A stretch of DNA of 64,000 nucleotides from Ruditapes philippinarum. Taxonomy: Eukaryota. Location of the stretch: positions 62,001 to 126,000 of the forward strand of contig NW_026862875.1 in assembly GCF_026571515.1 (NCBI RefSeq), written 5' to 3'. The first letter of the stretch is position 1; each line of letters begins with the position of its first letter. The translations under genes were made by a program, and so were the position numbers. The notes below the pieces were generated by a model that worked only from the letters and a program-made list of their open reading frames with translations, was not told where the DNA came from and did not search any database. Below, piece by piece: positions 41,101 to 55,046 of this stretch.

Positions 41101-43744
41101 ACAACTAACTTACATAGAATGAAAAGCACATACCATTGAACTGTGCGATAAATACTAATAATAATAGACTTATTTGGTCTTTGTAATAGCTGATAATCAT
41201 TTTCAGGATCGGCATTTCTACTATTTGTATCAATCCCACTAACGTTTTCCTTGTCACTTACACAAAAGCAATAGGTAAATCTATTCATTTCTTTCGTCTT
41301 CATGGGAAAGCTGCAATTGATTTTGACAAATCCTTCTCTTATAACATATAAATGAAAACATTTTACAAGTTTTCCAATAATAATTAAAGTAATTTTGAAA
41401 ACTACAATTGCTGTAGTTTTACTCGCACTAAACGGCACAAGACAGTCAAGAATTTGACGTAAAATTCGTTTTAAACTTGTTATGACATAATTTTTAAAAA
41501 TGTTTACATGAATTTTTAAAGTTAAAGTCATATGATTTATTTGGCACGAAATTAAATTGTTTTATTGTTTTTCTGTCCAACTTTTTTTTATAGAATAAGT
41601 AAGAATTCAGATAATCTCGAGGCTTTTATGACTACTTTTAAAATTGACGTTGGCTTCTTTTGTTTTGCAAAATTTTGTTTATTCCGTCTTTTTTTGTGCT
41701 GTAAATACTTTGTAAAAAATTAGTTTAATCACATGGACAAATAAGTATTAAACTGCATGGTCACAGATGGTAATGTACTCATTATACGGGTATGTAACAC
41801 ATTTTAAAAACGGCTTGGGTAGGACCGGTAATATTGTCCGATTTTAATTTATAATTCATTAATCTTTAGAAAAGTGACAGATAATTAAAATGTACATTAT
41901 GTATAATAGGTATGTATATTATTATATAATATATGATGCAAATGTATTTTAAAAATATGGTGCATGAGTACTAAGTAAAAGGGGGAGCGATGTTATGACA
42001 CAGGGGTTAAATGCCTGCATGCCAACCCATTGCGTTCGAGTCCCAAGGAAGACACAGTCATGTCAAAAGATACAAGTCAGTTCATAGAGAGAACTCAGAT
42101 AAATATATATTTAAGGAATGTAATCGGACATAAACAAATTTGCAATAATGAATAAAAGTACACTACATTGTTTTTTTCTCTACTGGTTGTTTGCCATAAA
42201 ACATCGATCGATTTATTTATTGAAAGATTTGCCGTATAGGGTGTCGTATTTCAACATGTTATTTAGTTTATCTATATAATTGTTCATTAGAACTGAATAT
42301 ATAATGTAACATAAAACCTCTACATGTGTTTAAAAATGCGTTTCAAACGCACACTTGTATACTTGTAAATTTAATTGTGCAATGTCAATAGACGGAATTC
42401 AAATTTGAAAATGTATGTATTAAACGGATAATGGTTTATATTTAAACTATATACATGTGTATTATGTGAATATATGGAGAGAAAAATAGCCTAATATTAA
42501 AATAAAATAAAATTTTAACGTAAAAAACTTATAACTTGAAAATATAAACTGGTGATAAGCAAATCATATATTTCGTACATATATTGTTAGCAGTAATGGT
42601 AGGTGTGAAAAAATGAAAAGTTCAGTGCATTATAGTTTGGAGTTTTGAAAAATGTATTGTTAAAGGATCTACATATAAATTGAATAATGTTAACAAGTAT
42701 TTAAAGGTGTTATATATTTTATACATCTACATTCATTTGATTTCATGAAGATGTACAACATGTATTACAGGGAGGATAAAAGTGAGACAATATTTTGCTC
42801 CTATATTTGCAACTTTTCAAGTATCCCGGTACAAAATTTGATCTGTGCCCTCTCCTGCGTATTCTCGGTTCCTGCCTTGGTTCCGTGTGGGTTGTTTTGT
42901 GTACTGGGATTCGTTGGAGGGGGTGGGGGCTGTGTTCACTGTATGCCGACCATTCCTTGTTTATCGTTGTTCTCATAATTTATTTCATATTCAGTCATTT
43001 TACTAGCATAAAATCTATGATAACATCTGACAAATTATTTATATCTATATACAAAGATAAATTTCTTCGTTTAAATTACTTTAACATAAAATAATCTAAT
43101 AAACTCATCAAATTAAACGAAATCTAAAATTGTCGATGTAAAGCAAATAGGTTTATCAGTAGGTTTTCAGTGTCGTGTGGCAGCTGTAAAAAATTGGTCC
43201 AAACTTCAGTGTCATAGTTTTTCTGATCCTTCGATATCATTGCTTCAAGCACATTCAATACCGTTTAAGGCGTGAGACAGGTTTCCAGATTTTTTTTTAT
43301 CAGCCTTATAGAAGTTTGGAATTGAAGTTATATAAAACATTAAATATCAACGACCATAAGCATTACTGTAGAAAACTGCAATGTATCGGCTTTTACTAAC
43401 ATTTATCACTACGTATGGTTCATAGTTAAAAATGCAGACACATCTTTGAAAAGTACACGTTCAATGTCCGTTAATAGCTAAAGTTCGACCAATACTCCCT
43501 ATTTTCTTTTCGATGTTTAAAAATCTTTACATATTACTGCTTGAACATCATTTAATGAAAAAAGGTTCCACACATTTATAGGTTTTTACCAACTGTGATC
43601 CATAGAGAATGAGGTTAAATATATCACTTGAAATTTTCAATGGCAATACATCATAACAAGCGGGACAACGGGAAAGAAAAAAAAACGCGAAGAACACTAT
43701 ACAGAAAGAATGATATATTTTATTTCAGAAATAATTTGCCTAAC

Positions 43745-45347
43745 ATGTCTGCCTCAAAGGGTAAACAGCATGGTCACGATCATGATGACTGCAAAGTCAC
43801 AGATGAACTCATACATCATTTCGAGGAGTTCTGCACACTAGCTGGCTCAAAAGATCCGAAAATTATGACAACAAAGGCAAGTGGCAAGTTGGTTGATGAT
43901 TGTCTTTCAGATCTTAAAAAATATGACGCAAAAGCCATATGTGATGCCAGCGTGTTCCCCTATTGTAAAGAGCATGGGAAACCGTAAGTAGCTAAGTAAG
44001 GTTTGCGAAACAATACATAAAGGCTTTAACGGCTTTGTTGTTGATACTAGCATACAGGGCAACACTACTAAATTGAAAAATGTTTAGCGAAACACAGGGT
44101 GCACACATTCCTTTTTATTACGGCGCTTGATAACCTTTTAGCCTTTCATTTCACTACTACATCATTTTGATATCCACCATTTTTTCAAGATCCTCTTGTG
44201 TTATGTCTTTTGAATATATGATCTGCAACGTTCGTTCTGTCTTATAATTGTTTAGACATTATTTTAACTGATCTGTTGATTTAGGAAAAGGGATGTTTCT
44301 ATGTAATAGCCTTACTGTTATCCCTTTATTTTCAGCATTTAAAGCAAATGTGTCTTTGAAACGTTTATCTTTTAATTTTCCAATCTTCATGTTCTAGACA
44401 CACAACAACACATAAAATACTTTTGGTCCAGAAACAATATCATGAGGGAACACAGTTATAATTACAAAGGCGTTATTTTAAAAGACTCTTTTCATTTTAT
44501 CTGCAATAGTTAATATTTTGCTGGACATGTTCATTGTAATATTTTTTTCCAACTATTACTTTCTTATTCATTTAAGACGATTTTGTTTAAACAAAAGGGT
44601 TTCTCTTTTCTATAATTATTTTATAAAGCAATTCCCTCACAGAAAACAACGTTGTTTGACTAAAACAACCCCTTCTCACTCTAATAATTTCAGTCACATG
44701 GTGGTCAACAAAGATAACGTAGATAAATTTATAAATAAGTTCGCCCATGAGATTGCTAAACGCAAAACATCAAATAACAAAATCGATGACAAAGACCCCG
44801 AAGTACTTGCAATAAAGAAAACAATTTGTAACTGCATCACCAAAGAAAAACCTCATGTACATGAGATTGTGAGTATCTTGTATATTTGAAGTCAAATCTA
44901 CTTTTTGAATACGTTTGAATATTATATACAAGGCATCTTTTTATTCTAAAATTCAGCTGAATTTTAACAAGTTGAAAGCCAACGAATACAGTTTATTGTT
45001 TTAACCAATATTCAAAAAGACTATTTTGCTTCGTTCAAGATGCCGACCTAAAACTAAAAATATTTTGTGATTGCTTAAAACGTACTCAAAATGTTTTTGA
45101 AAAGTACATTTCAAAAGTAAGCTTAGTTTTCCAACATGACAGCATGGTTGTTTCTTTTTTATAGAAAGAATCAGCAACAGGGAATGTAAAGGGTCTAACA
45201 GATGCATCTAAATTCACGGGGACAAGCAAAGCACGCTTTGACAAGGATGGAAAAGGAAAGGGAAAAGAGGCACATGATTACGTACCAGAAGACTCCGGTT
45301 ATGTGTGTGGTTATAAGGGTCAAGGAACATATGATTCCAGCCATTAA
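43745..45347 (+). CDS. TPPP: TPPP/p25-alpha paralogue C, 198 aa, His-rich N-terminus
   Basis: Exons 43745-43983, 44694-44868, 45165-45347. Same phases and same 175-nt exon 2 as paralogue A. Exon 3 (absent from the ORF track) reads KESATGNVKGLTDASKFTGTSKARFDKDGKGKGKEAHDYVPEDSGYVCGYKGQGTYDSSH*. Confidence 0.92.
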
Positions 45348-45728
45348 TTAACAAAAACATAATATTTTGGTGATTTGAGCCGCGCTGAACTTGTTATTCT
45401 AATGAAGAAGAAAGTAGATAGGCATAGAAACGTGAACTGTTCTTGTTGTGTCGCTTGACATTTCGTTGAATTGGGATATGGACTATATTTGATTTTGAAC
45501 ACATTTTGTTTTGTTTATTTGAAATACATTTAAACTTGTATTTGATTTGAATACACTTATATCCTTAACTTGAAATAAATTATTAAATTAAAATATATGT
45601 ATAAAAATAATAAAATAAAATATATGTATATTATTTATCTGATTGGAATACATTTAAATTTTTTTTAATTGGAATATATATGATTGAAATTCTTCTTTTT
45701 ATCCTTTAGCTGCGATTACTTGAAATAT

Positions 45729-47270
45729 ATACTAGGTAAAAAAAGTGTGCACTTTGTTTTCAGCGATTTTCCATTGCCCTTTATGCCTAATGTCCACGTA
45801 TTTGGTATTAAAATCAAGATCAGAACATGTACATTATAATTGTGACTTTAAACTTTAAATTCCGGTGTCATACAGGATACGATTCTGTCTCGAGAATGGA
45901 CGCTGTCCAAAAATGAAAGTTGCAAGACTACTCTGAAATTAGCAATTTCCACAATTCATCATTTCATTCTGCTGAAATTGGACATTCGATGTTAACTGTA
46001 GTCAGTATCGAGTGTGGCTACCTCGACTATTGATGCAAGCAGCAAGGTGACCTCGCATTGACCTTACGTAACGTCTAATAACGACGTTGGGGATGTTATT
46101 CCATTCTTGAATTAAGGCGTTTTCCAGATCCATAAGATTGTGTACATTCCCTCTAGCTCGAACCTTTCTACCAAGATAACCCCAGATGTGCTCAATCGGA
46201 TTCATATCCGGTGACACAGCAGGCCAAGGTAGCTCTTTAACGTTATTTCTGTTTAGAAACTGTCGACATATCCTTGCAACATGAGGCATTGCATTGTCAT
46301 GCATCAATATTGCAGGCCCATGCCTTTGCAGGATAGGAACAGTTTCAGGCTGCAGAATCTGGTTAATGTAACATTGAGCATTGAGATTACCTTGCACAAC
46401 AATGAGATTTGTTTTCCTTTTGCCCATAATGCCACCCCATACCATAACACTCTCACCTCCAAATCGGTCCCCTTCAATGAGACAATAATCAGCAAAATGT
46501 TCCCCTCTTCTTCTAAAAACTCGAATAAGACCGTCATGATGACTATGGTTAAACCTAGAATCACTCGAGAATAGAACCCGAGCCCACTGCTGTCGCCCCA
46601 ACGGAAATGCCGTTGTGCCCACTACAAACTGGCAGCTGTAAGCACTTGTCCCACATAGGTCCTCCTTGGTCGAATGGGTTGCCGGGCTTGCCTGATACCG
46701 TACTGCCTTGCAGAACGTGTCGCCGTTTGAAAACGACTAGAAGGTCAACGTAATGAACCTGTCCGTTCGAGGGTTGGTAACCCTCGGTCTACTGGGTCTA
46801 CGGCGATCTGCTACCACACCTGTTTGCTGGAAACGCTGCACAGCCGAAATATTGTGTTTCTGTGACAACCGAACACTCTACTGACGTTGTCGCCACAAGC
46901 AAGCATTGTTTATGCTTGAGTTCGCTGATTTTGATTCAGTCTAGGCATGTATAGTGACAAGCGCTGTGAAATCAAATGTATTTTTCCCTATGTAGTGGGT
47001 ATAAGGATTATGTCTATACACATTTCCTGTGACATGTACCTTCGCCTCGGACTGCACGTGCATATCATGCTATATGTTATGTATTGCCATATAAAGCGAA
47101 AATTCCGTGCCAGCACGGGATAGGTTTTTTATTGGATCGATGTATTGTGTACTTAGGACTAACCATGCCAAAGTTGCAAAAGAAACGTCTGCTAATTTTC
47201 TTTTGACTTTAAAAGCAACACTGCAGTTTGATTTATCGTTGTAAATATGATTTTGTGGTAGATTTTAGTT
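45729..47270 (-). mobile_element. Tc1-family (DD34E-type) transposon with a degenerate transposase
   Basis: ATG at 46948 (MPRLNQNQRTQA*...) followed by stops and frameshifts. ORF 46002-46622 has VLFSSDSRF, VMVWGGI, LMHDNAMPH, WPAVSPDMNPIEHIW and the ending GSHTRY. TIR-like end TATACTAGGTAAAAAAAG at about 45728; the opposite TIR is not recognisable. Confidence 0.88.
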
Positions 47271-47289
47271 TTAAGAAATCTTAGTTCGT

Positions 47290-47790
47290 TACCGAGCGAT
47301 TGTCTGAAATTTGCACTCGACAGGGAAGTTCAGGTTCAGTAAAGACAGCTGTCACTAACAATATGTTCATTAACGGTGGTTATCACTGTGTCAATCACCA
47401 CCAATATGATGAACCTCATACTAAGGTGTTATCTAAAGGACAACATATGATTGCAGTTTCTACAGAATGTGATATAACAGATACTCACGTCCAAAGCGCC
47501 AACAATCTTTCTGAACATTTATAAACAACATCAACCTAATGGAATATCACCAAAATTTCTAGCTGTACTTAAATATAATAGAAGCAATACGGGGTGAAAT
47601 GAACACCCTCATAAGAAGTGTTGGTGCAGTGCCACAAACTATCGCCTACAAATATACGACAATTGTTCAAAGGGGAATAAATAAACTCCAATATTATGAA
47701 AAATATTGGTTCACATCCATACGACAACGCTGCCAAGTTGTAATCAACAGTCAGGAGAGGCATATAATATTAGAATAATTTTCAATGATA
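47290..47790 (+). mobile_element. Second, much older Tc1-like transposase remnant on the opposite strand
   Basis: Plus-strand fragments NNINLMEY, IIEAIRGEM and SIRQRCQVVINSQERH echo the Tc1 C-terminus (NI..L.WP / PIE.LW.E. / SMR.RC.AVI...GGHT.Y). Confidence 0.5.
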
Positions 47791-48826
47791 CATTTATTTT
47801 GTGACATTTGCTTATAACGCAATATCACTTTTATTCGGCATGTCCATCACATTTGTGTTTCTTATGAAATTTAATAATTGGAATGTTATATCATGTCTCT
47901 CAACTGTATTTTTTGAAAATTTCAGAAGGATCTTACCAAAATTGGCACACATATTACGCCATTTATACATGCACACGTATAAGATTTGTTAAGTGTATGT
48001 AGACCAGTCAATGTATTAAAGGAATGACAAGTGGTGTAACTACTGACATTGCTGGTCAGCAGATTAAGACTAAGACCCAGAAAAAAGTCTCTTCAACTTT
48101 ATCATCACTGAAACTGTTTGGCGCCCGATATATGAAGGTGTTTACGCGATGCTCTTTTTGCATCGAATAATTAGCGAATAACTAAATATATCAATATCAG
48201 ATGTCATCGACATGTATCATAATCAAAGATACATCAGCTACATTTTAATTACTTTGGATAAAGTCAAGAAAGCGCTTGCGTTTAAGTCTGTCACAAAACA
48301 CCTGCAATACTTCTATATATACGTTTATTCAACCAGAAAAAAAACTTATAGCATACTTTAAAAGGCTGTACGGATAACCGATTACATTGTAATAGAACAA
48401 TACAAGTAGTCCCTTTCCTTTCTCTAAACAATGGATCAAATATGACTTAATCAGTGAAATAAGATATATACATTAATGGCTTTTTAAATCTTCTGTTTTA
48501 CTGATTCAGAATGAAGTTTTTTCTCATCATTTTTAAACAGAAAATACGGACAAATAAGTAAAAAAATTAGGATTGTTATATGATATAAAATGAGCTGGCA
48601 TTGATATTGTTTTATTTAATCTTACTTTTATGTGTTCGTGTTATTTGCGTATGTATATGTATACGTGACCTTTGATGAGACATAGATCTTTTAAGGAATA
48701 CATGAGAATTTACTTGGACCAATCTGAAATTTGTTATTATATATGCATTTCAACACAAGCGGTTGTCAAAAAACAGCTCCACGCCATTACACCGTAGTCA
48801 GTTGACCTTTAATATTTAAAAGGAAG

Positions 48827-50911
48827 ATGGCGTATGGCCCAGGAGCGGATGAGAAACTTGTTAAACAGTTTGCTAAAGCCTGCAAGCTGTCTGGGAGTGA
48901 TGATGAGACTCTGATGAATAAGAAGTGCAGTAGAAACATTCGAAAATTCTTCTGGGAGAAAATAACCGAGTTCGATGGACTAGACCTCCAAGCATGTGAA
49001 GAAGCAGTATTCAAAAAACTGTTGAACCCGAAAACAGGGTAAGTATTAATGTATCTGTGTCTGCAATTTGTAAATGTTTTGATCAACGTAACAAAAATAT
49101 CATACTATCCAGTAAGCATTAGGGTTCATGATAATAGAGCTTGACTTATATTGATTTGACTTATAGTTTACCAGAAAGTCCTACGTGTCCAAGTAAAATT
49201 GTTTAAGAAATAATATCGGTCTCAGTGGCTACCTAACACCGATTTGTTCGTAGGAATTGACCACAAAGGCCGTATGTTTTCCTTTGTATTAGACATTAAT
49301 TTCTCCATTTAAGTCATAACAATTTACATGATTCTACACTTGCAATTGGAAAGTAAGTTTTATGAATACTTTTCACAATACAATTAAGTCTTGAAATACA
49401 CGTACAAGGTAATGGAAATATATTCAATAAGTTTAACATGTTTTATTTCCAATATCAAGATGTTTAAAGCTAATAAATGAACACCAAATGAAACATTTTT
49501 ATCATGAGGCTCAAAGCAATATAAATAAAAGATTAAGTACAATGATTTAAGTTAATAAATGCGATATCAGACACACATTTACAAAATAGTTCAAATATTT
49601 AGAAGAATGGCATACCGATGTGGAGACTTTACAACTGCCGTTTGTGTGGCTTTTCATTTTTAAGAATTATAGTGGTAGATGGAGCACATGTAGAAGCGTA
49701 CCTTACAGAGATGGCGCATGAAATAACTAAACGTAAAAGAGAAGACCCGAAGATTATGCGCAATGATCCTAGAGTAACCATGACCAAAGACTTTCTAGAG
49801 AAGATTGTAAGAGAGACAAAAGTGTATGTCACAGGAAAAGTAAGAATATTTTTGATGATTTTGGTGGTTAAGGACTTTATTTTGAAGTGATTAAATTTTA
49901 ATTATATCAGAAGTGAAATGCGCAGAGGACGTTTGCGTTATAGTGAGTTGCGTTCGATTTTTATGAAATAAGAAGAAATGTCTAAACTATAGTTCATGTA
50001 ATTTGGTCAGACGTAGCAAGTTTTCACTAGTAATGATATTTTGTAAATGAATAAATTGCACACGTTTTTTTTAATATCAGTACTTTAGCATTCATCATAT
50101 ACAAGTTTTCGTTCTATTTCATGATTATTTACGTGAAAATGGGAATGGTACAGTTTCATTCGAAAGAATTCATTTGACCGGGTTCCGTTGTATTCTTAGC
50201 ATACAATTTGTTCCTTTGATTAACATGTATATGAAATTTAAACATTTAGAAACATTTAAGTTAGTATTTGTAGACATTGCCCACTATTTCAATCATTTAT
50301 GAAAAGAATCAAGCGTTTTTAAAACATGCTTTGCTTGATTCATCTTTTGGACTACTGAGCTGCAATATATTTTCCTGTAAATACTCGCGTGTTTAAATCC
50401 CATGGGCACCTGATCACTGAACTGCAGTTTAAACAGCGGAAATTATTTGGTGACTTTGAATATTTTAAAGTATGTTAGTGTGTTTATTCATGTTCATGAC
50501 GTCAATCTAATGAATAATATAGCAGTTACCACAATCTGATATAGGTAACTGATTAAGCTTGAGCTTTTGAATATAAATATCTCATCATAATATGCTTTAA
50601 AGTTCGTCAATCATAAACATACGGATGATGAAACAGTGTCCCAGAGTAGTACTTTAATTAGTAATCACCGAACATGTTAAATTATTTAATGAAGTATCGA
50701 CGGATGTTGAACTGAGTGAGACAATGTCATTTTTATGTTTCAGGTAGAATATGTGGACGCTAAAGATATTGATGAGCCGACACGTACTGCATACAATAAG
50801 AATTTCCAATTTGTTAAACCAGAATTCCCCAAGGGCATCAAACAGATTTTTGATATCAGAAAAAGGAAACCAATTGTTATTGCAAAAAGAGACTATGGTA
50901 ACTTGAGCTAG
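48827..50911 (+). CDS. TPPP: Highly divergent TPPP paralogue D, 184 aa, canonical C-terminal tail replaced
   Basis: Exons 48827-49038 and 49665-49839 (175 nt, same phases; MAHEITKRK..DPKI...DP.V...K aligns to A/C). The most plausible third exon is 50744-50911 (TTTCAG|GTA), open in phase 0: VEYVDAKDIDEPTRTAYNKNFQFVKPEFPKGIKQIFDIRKRKPIVIAKRDYGNLS*. Confidence 0.78.
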
Positions 50912-51847
50912 AAAAACATTTGGAATGACTGCAGTATTGTTTGAATAAAGTGTGTTACCTCGGAAGCGTAGTTTGAAAACATTGAACGGCTGGTCTTGTA
51001 ATAAAGCCGAATAATTCTGTGCATGTTTGTCTTTGTCGTCTGTGTTTTGGTGTTGCAGTACATGTATTGTTATAACACATTCCATCGAATTTGTGTTTTG
51101 TTTTTATTGTTGAATTCTGCTCAAGCCGGTGCTAGGGGTGCGTGGACGTAGTTTGCACTTTACAGTACCGTCCATGAACAGGCGCAATCAAACCGAGTCT
51201 GCAACATTTTTCAATTTTGCCGTTTTGGACTTTATTTAGGGGGGATTCTTATTTTTCTATTTTATGTATCTTTTGTGTTATAGTATTAAAACTAAGCATT
51301 CATTTAAAATGTTTAAGTCACGTCAACAGAATGTTCTTTAGTTCAAATAACAAAAGCCGATTCAGGAGTACATGTATATATACAATCACATGATGAAATT
51401 ACTTCGCTAACATGCATGTGAGATTTTGTTGTCATGTTCACATGCTATCTCATGATATTGATGTATTTAATTTATAGGTACATATTGTATGTTAAACACA
51501 TTATTTTGAATATTTGAATTGAACAGGTAATATTCATAAAATAACACCACTCATCCGTTCGGCATTTTAACTGCATACATTTCTCTATTCTCTTTATAGA
51601 TCCAGTTGTATTAACATAGAAAATATAAGATCAATCAAACACGCAAAGTACGGTGATAAACATGTCTTTCTCCGTCTCTAACATCAGTAGAACCTGGATC
51701 GATAAACAATAAAAAATAATGTTCAATAAAACACCAGTGATTGAATTCTTTGTTCATGTTATTGGGAAAGTTTCCATCTGTACAACTCGTTTGAATATAT
51801 CTGTTATTAACTATAGAGGTTTTCTTCTTTTCATACATTATTAGGAG

Positions 51848-52280
51848 AGTGTGTGTTTGCGTGCGTTAGTGAGTATTGAACTCAATTTCTGTTGATGGCC
51901 AAGCTATGGGCTGTGTCACTAGTATGGCTTTTCCTACAAATATACCCTCCCTCCTGCTAAGCGTCATGCGTACGCTATCTTTTAACACTTCCGCAGTATC
52001 CGTTTCGGGATCAAACCCGAACCGACTCACCGTCGAGAGGCAGATCCTGGATCGATAGATTGTTATGAATGAGTGAGTGAGTGTTTGCGTGCGTATGTTC
52101 GTGTACTGTACGTACGTGGTCAATCTATGACATACATCACCAGTCTGGTCTGTCCAGTAACTATCCCCTCTCATGCAAAAAAAGCTACGGGTACGATTCT
52201 TTTCATTACCCGATTCGGAATCAAGCCAATGCCATCCCGCTGTCGAGAGGCAGACAATTTACGTTAAGGCCATCGATACT
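51848..52280 (-). mobile_element. Two tandem degenerate tRNA-SINE copies with microsatellite tails
   Basis: Two similar units (about 51848-52045 and 52068-52280), each with a GTGTTTGCGTGCGT tail, a B-box-like TTCGG(G/A)ATCAA and GTCGAGAGGCAGA. Confidence 0.55.
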
Positions 52281-55046
52281 ATTATTTATGAACAAAGATG
52301 TTTTCAAGGACACGACTGCAATAAAAATAGTCAATATATAGAAATGCATACATACGGAACATTTGTTTAAATTTCAATGGATCATGGTAGATAATTGGAT
52401 AAGATGACGTTTGCTACAGTATTGCAATTTGCATTTTTACATAGACAAAGAAGGACGCACAGATTAAAAAAAAGCATTTAAAGAAATCATTATCTAGAAC
52501 AAGTTTATAAAAAACGTATGGATCATATAATTACATTGGTGTAATTTAAAAACTTTGTTATCATATAGATTTCCATTTAAAAAAGAGAAGAAAATGTTTC
52601 ACCTTGAAATAATGTTAAATGACAACTGCGTTGTTGTATTTGTGTGTGTGTGTGTGAGTTTATTTTTCCCCTTCAAAATAGCTGATTGCGGCGTTGATTT
52701 AATCAATCGCGCCGTTTTCTTGCAGATGTTTCCCCATTTATGAGGCTTATAAACAACAATAACAACATGCAGAACTGGATAAATCCAGCCTTAACTTGCC
52801 TTCGTAATGCAATATTCAAAATACTCTCGTTTTGGTGGGGTTCATTAACTATCAATATCAAGTTTGTTTATATCGCTTCAAGGTCAGATTAAGTAGTTCT
52901 ATTGGGACATCAATAATATTTTTTGGTGACATGAGTAGCAAGTGAAATGCATCCAGTCGAGACTGATCACGTGTTCAATATTGTTAACAACAGTGTTGTT
53001 TACATTGGATACCTTCAACTCATTGCTTGGCCTAGACTCTGGACAAGCTACGAGTTTAAAGTTTGCTATTAGTTGATCGCCCCGACTTGAAGCGCTAGCA
53101 TTGGAAATATAATTTGCAAAAGGTATTTATTTGTATATACAAAACTTAACGGATTTGTTATCATTGTAAGGCAGAAAAATGAGTTTTAACAAAATATAAT
53201 AAAAAAATAAATTAAATAAAAGATAAACGCGGGATTACAGTAGACAAATAATAATTAAATGTTGATTTTTTTCAAATGTTCAATGTATTGAATTTACTCT
53301 AGGTCGCATTGTGCAAAAAATGAATAAATGAATAAATAAATAAATAATAAAGATGCACACGCTCATAGATCTAGCATGATTTCTCGATGGCAAAAACAAT
53401 CCAAAACGATTAATAAAAAATATTTGGAAATGCTTTTTAAAATTAAAAAAAAAAAATTAAAAATTCGGACATTATATCTATATATCTTCATTTTTTATAA
53501 TTATGTTAATTTCAATATATGTTTATTTGCTTCAACAGACTGTAAACATCTTAAAATTAAACAGATATCTATATTTGTCGATGTAATATTGCTATGTTCA
53601 CGCAATCACATATTTACATAATGATCCTAACGATATTTTGAAGCACATAACACGTCCCCGATTTTCTCTATAATTGTCATAAACATAATCCAGTATCATC
53701 CAGTTTTCCGTGTCGTTTGCAAGGACTTGAATTAAGTGCCCAGTTCTTGTGAGACTTTCAAATATAGAATAATTAAGTTGGATATAATTTCAATATTGGA
53801 ATATCTTATACACGTGTAAGTTTTTCTTTCTTTTTGTATCCATTTTCTATTAAACTCCGAACATGCAACCCTGGCCCAATGTAGTAAAGTGCTTACATAT
53901 TATTAGAACTATTAATATTTAATTTCTGAAGTAATGTTTCAATGATCACAGAAGAACGTTACTGTTTTGCTGTCTTTTTTTTTTGATTTTGCTCCCAGTT
54001 TCAATTCAGAAATGGTACAAAACATATATCAATAAACAAAAAAATATTCGAACACTATGTGTGAATTTAACAATTCTACGAGTCCTTTTCTTGCGCAGCT
54101 TTGTCGCATTTACCTTTTATTACAAAAAGCATAAATTCGGGGAAAAAATATATGATAATTTCTACAAATTTGATTTCCATAACTGCCTATCGATACATGT
54201 AATGGGGTTTATTAAATAAGACTTTTTAGCAAAGGGAGGCAACTAGTATTAGTAGTCAATATATTTTTTTCTATTGATCTCCCTTGAAAATGAAAAATTT
54301 CTTTTTCAGATTTTTTTCTTTTTCACGAAAGGGCTATCAGAAATTTGAAATAATAATTAGTTACATTGTGCTTATGGTGTTTATGGTTTATGGTGTAGAT
54401 GCTTTAAAGTTGATATCTTGAATTTCAAAGATGTTACGTACATATAGGCAATAACATGCTACTGTCTTTTGATATCAATTTATCAGGCGATGATGATATG
54501 GGCTGTTGGTAGCTCAGTTTATGGAATCCTGAATTTTCTTAATTAAGCTTGGCAAATCCACTTTACAAATTTAGGTTAAGGTTCCAAATCTTTATGAGAT
54601 ATATAATATAGTTTAGATGGTCGCATTTTCGTAAGTACAAATGCACGAATGTCATCCAGAAAATTCGTATAATGTTTTACCAAATTCTAAATAATCACGG
54701 GAGCTTTAAAGAAACCACATATTAGTATTCTTCAACAGCATTTCTTTACATTTTATATATGTAAATTGCAGAAAGATATAGTTACAAACTTATTTTCACA
54801 GTTAAAACAAATAAGCATATAACCCATACCTGGAGCACCATCCAACGTCAATATAAAAATGACGTCGCTGTAACATGTTTTTATTTCGTAAGTCACGAGT
54901 AATACATACGCAGTAGAAAATCGGTAAAGAATTTAAAATAGGCTGACATATCACACGTAGCCTTATTTTGTTAACAGACCGATTTACATATGTTAAAATC
55001 CGCAAATTTACATTGTAACTATCTTTTTTATTTTAGATAATTCAAA

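Noticed and set aside
40953-41531. 192-aa minus-strand ORF
   Set aside because: Low-information AT-rich composition, antisense to the TPPP-B last exon, no motifs.
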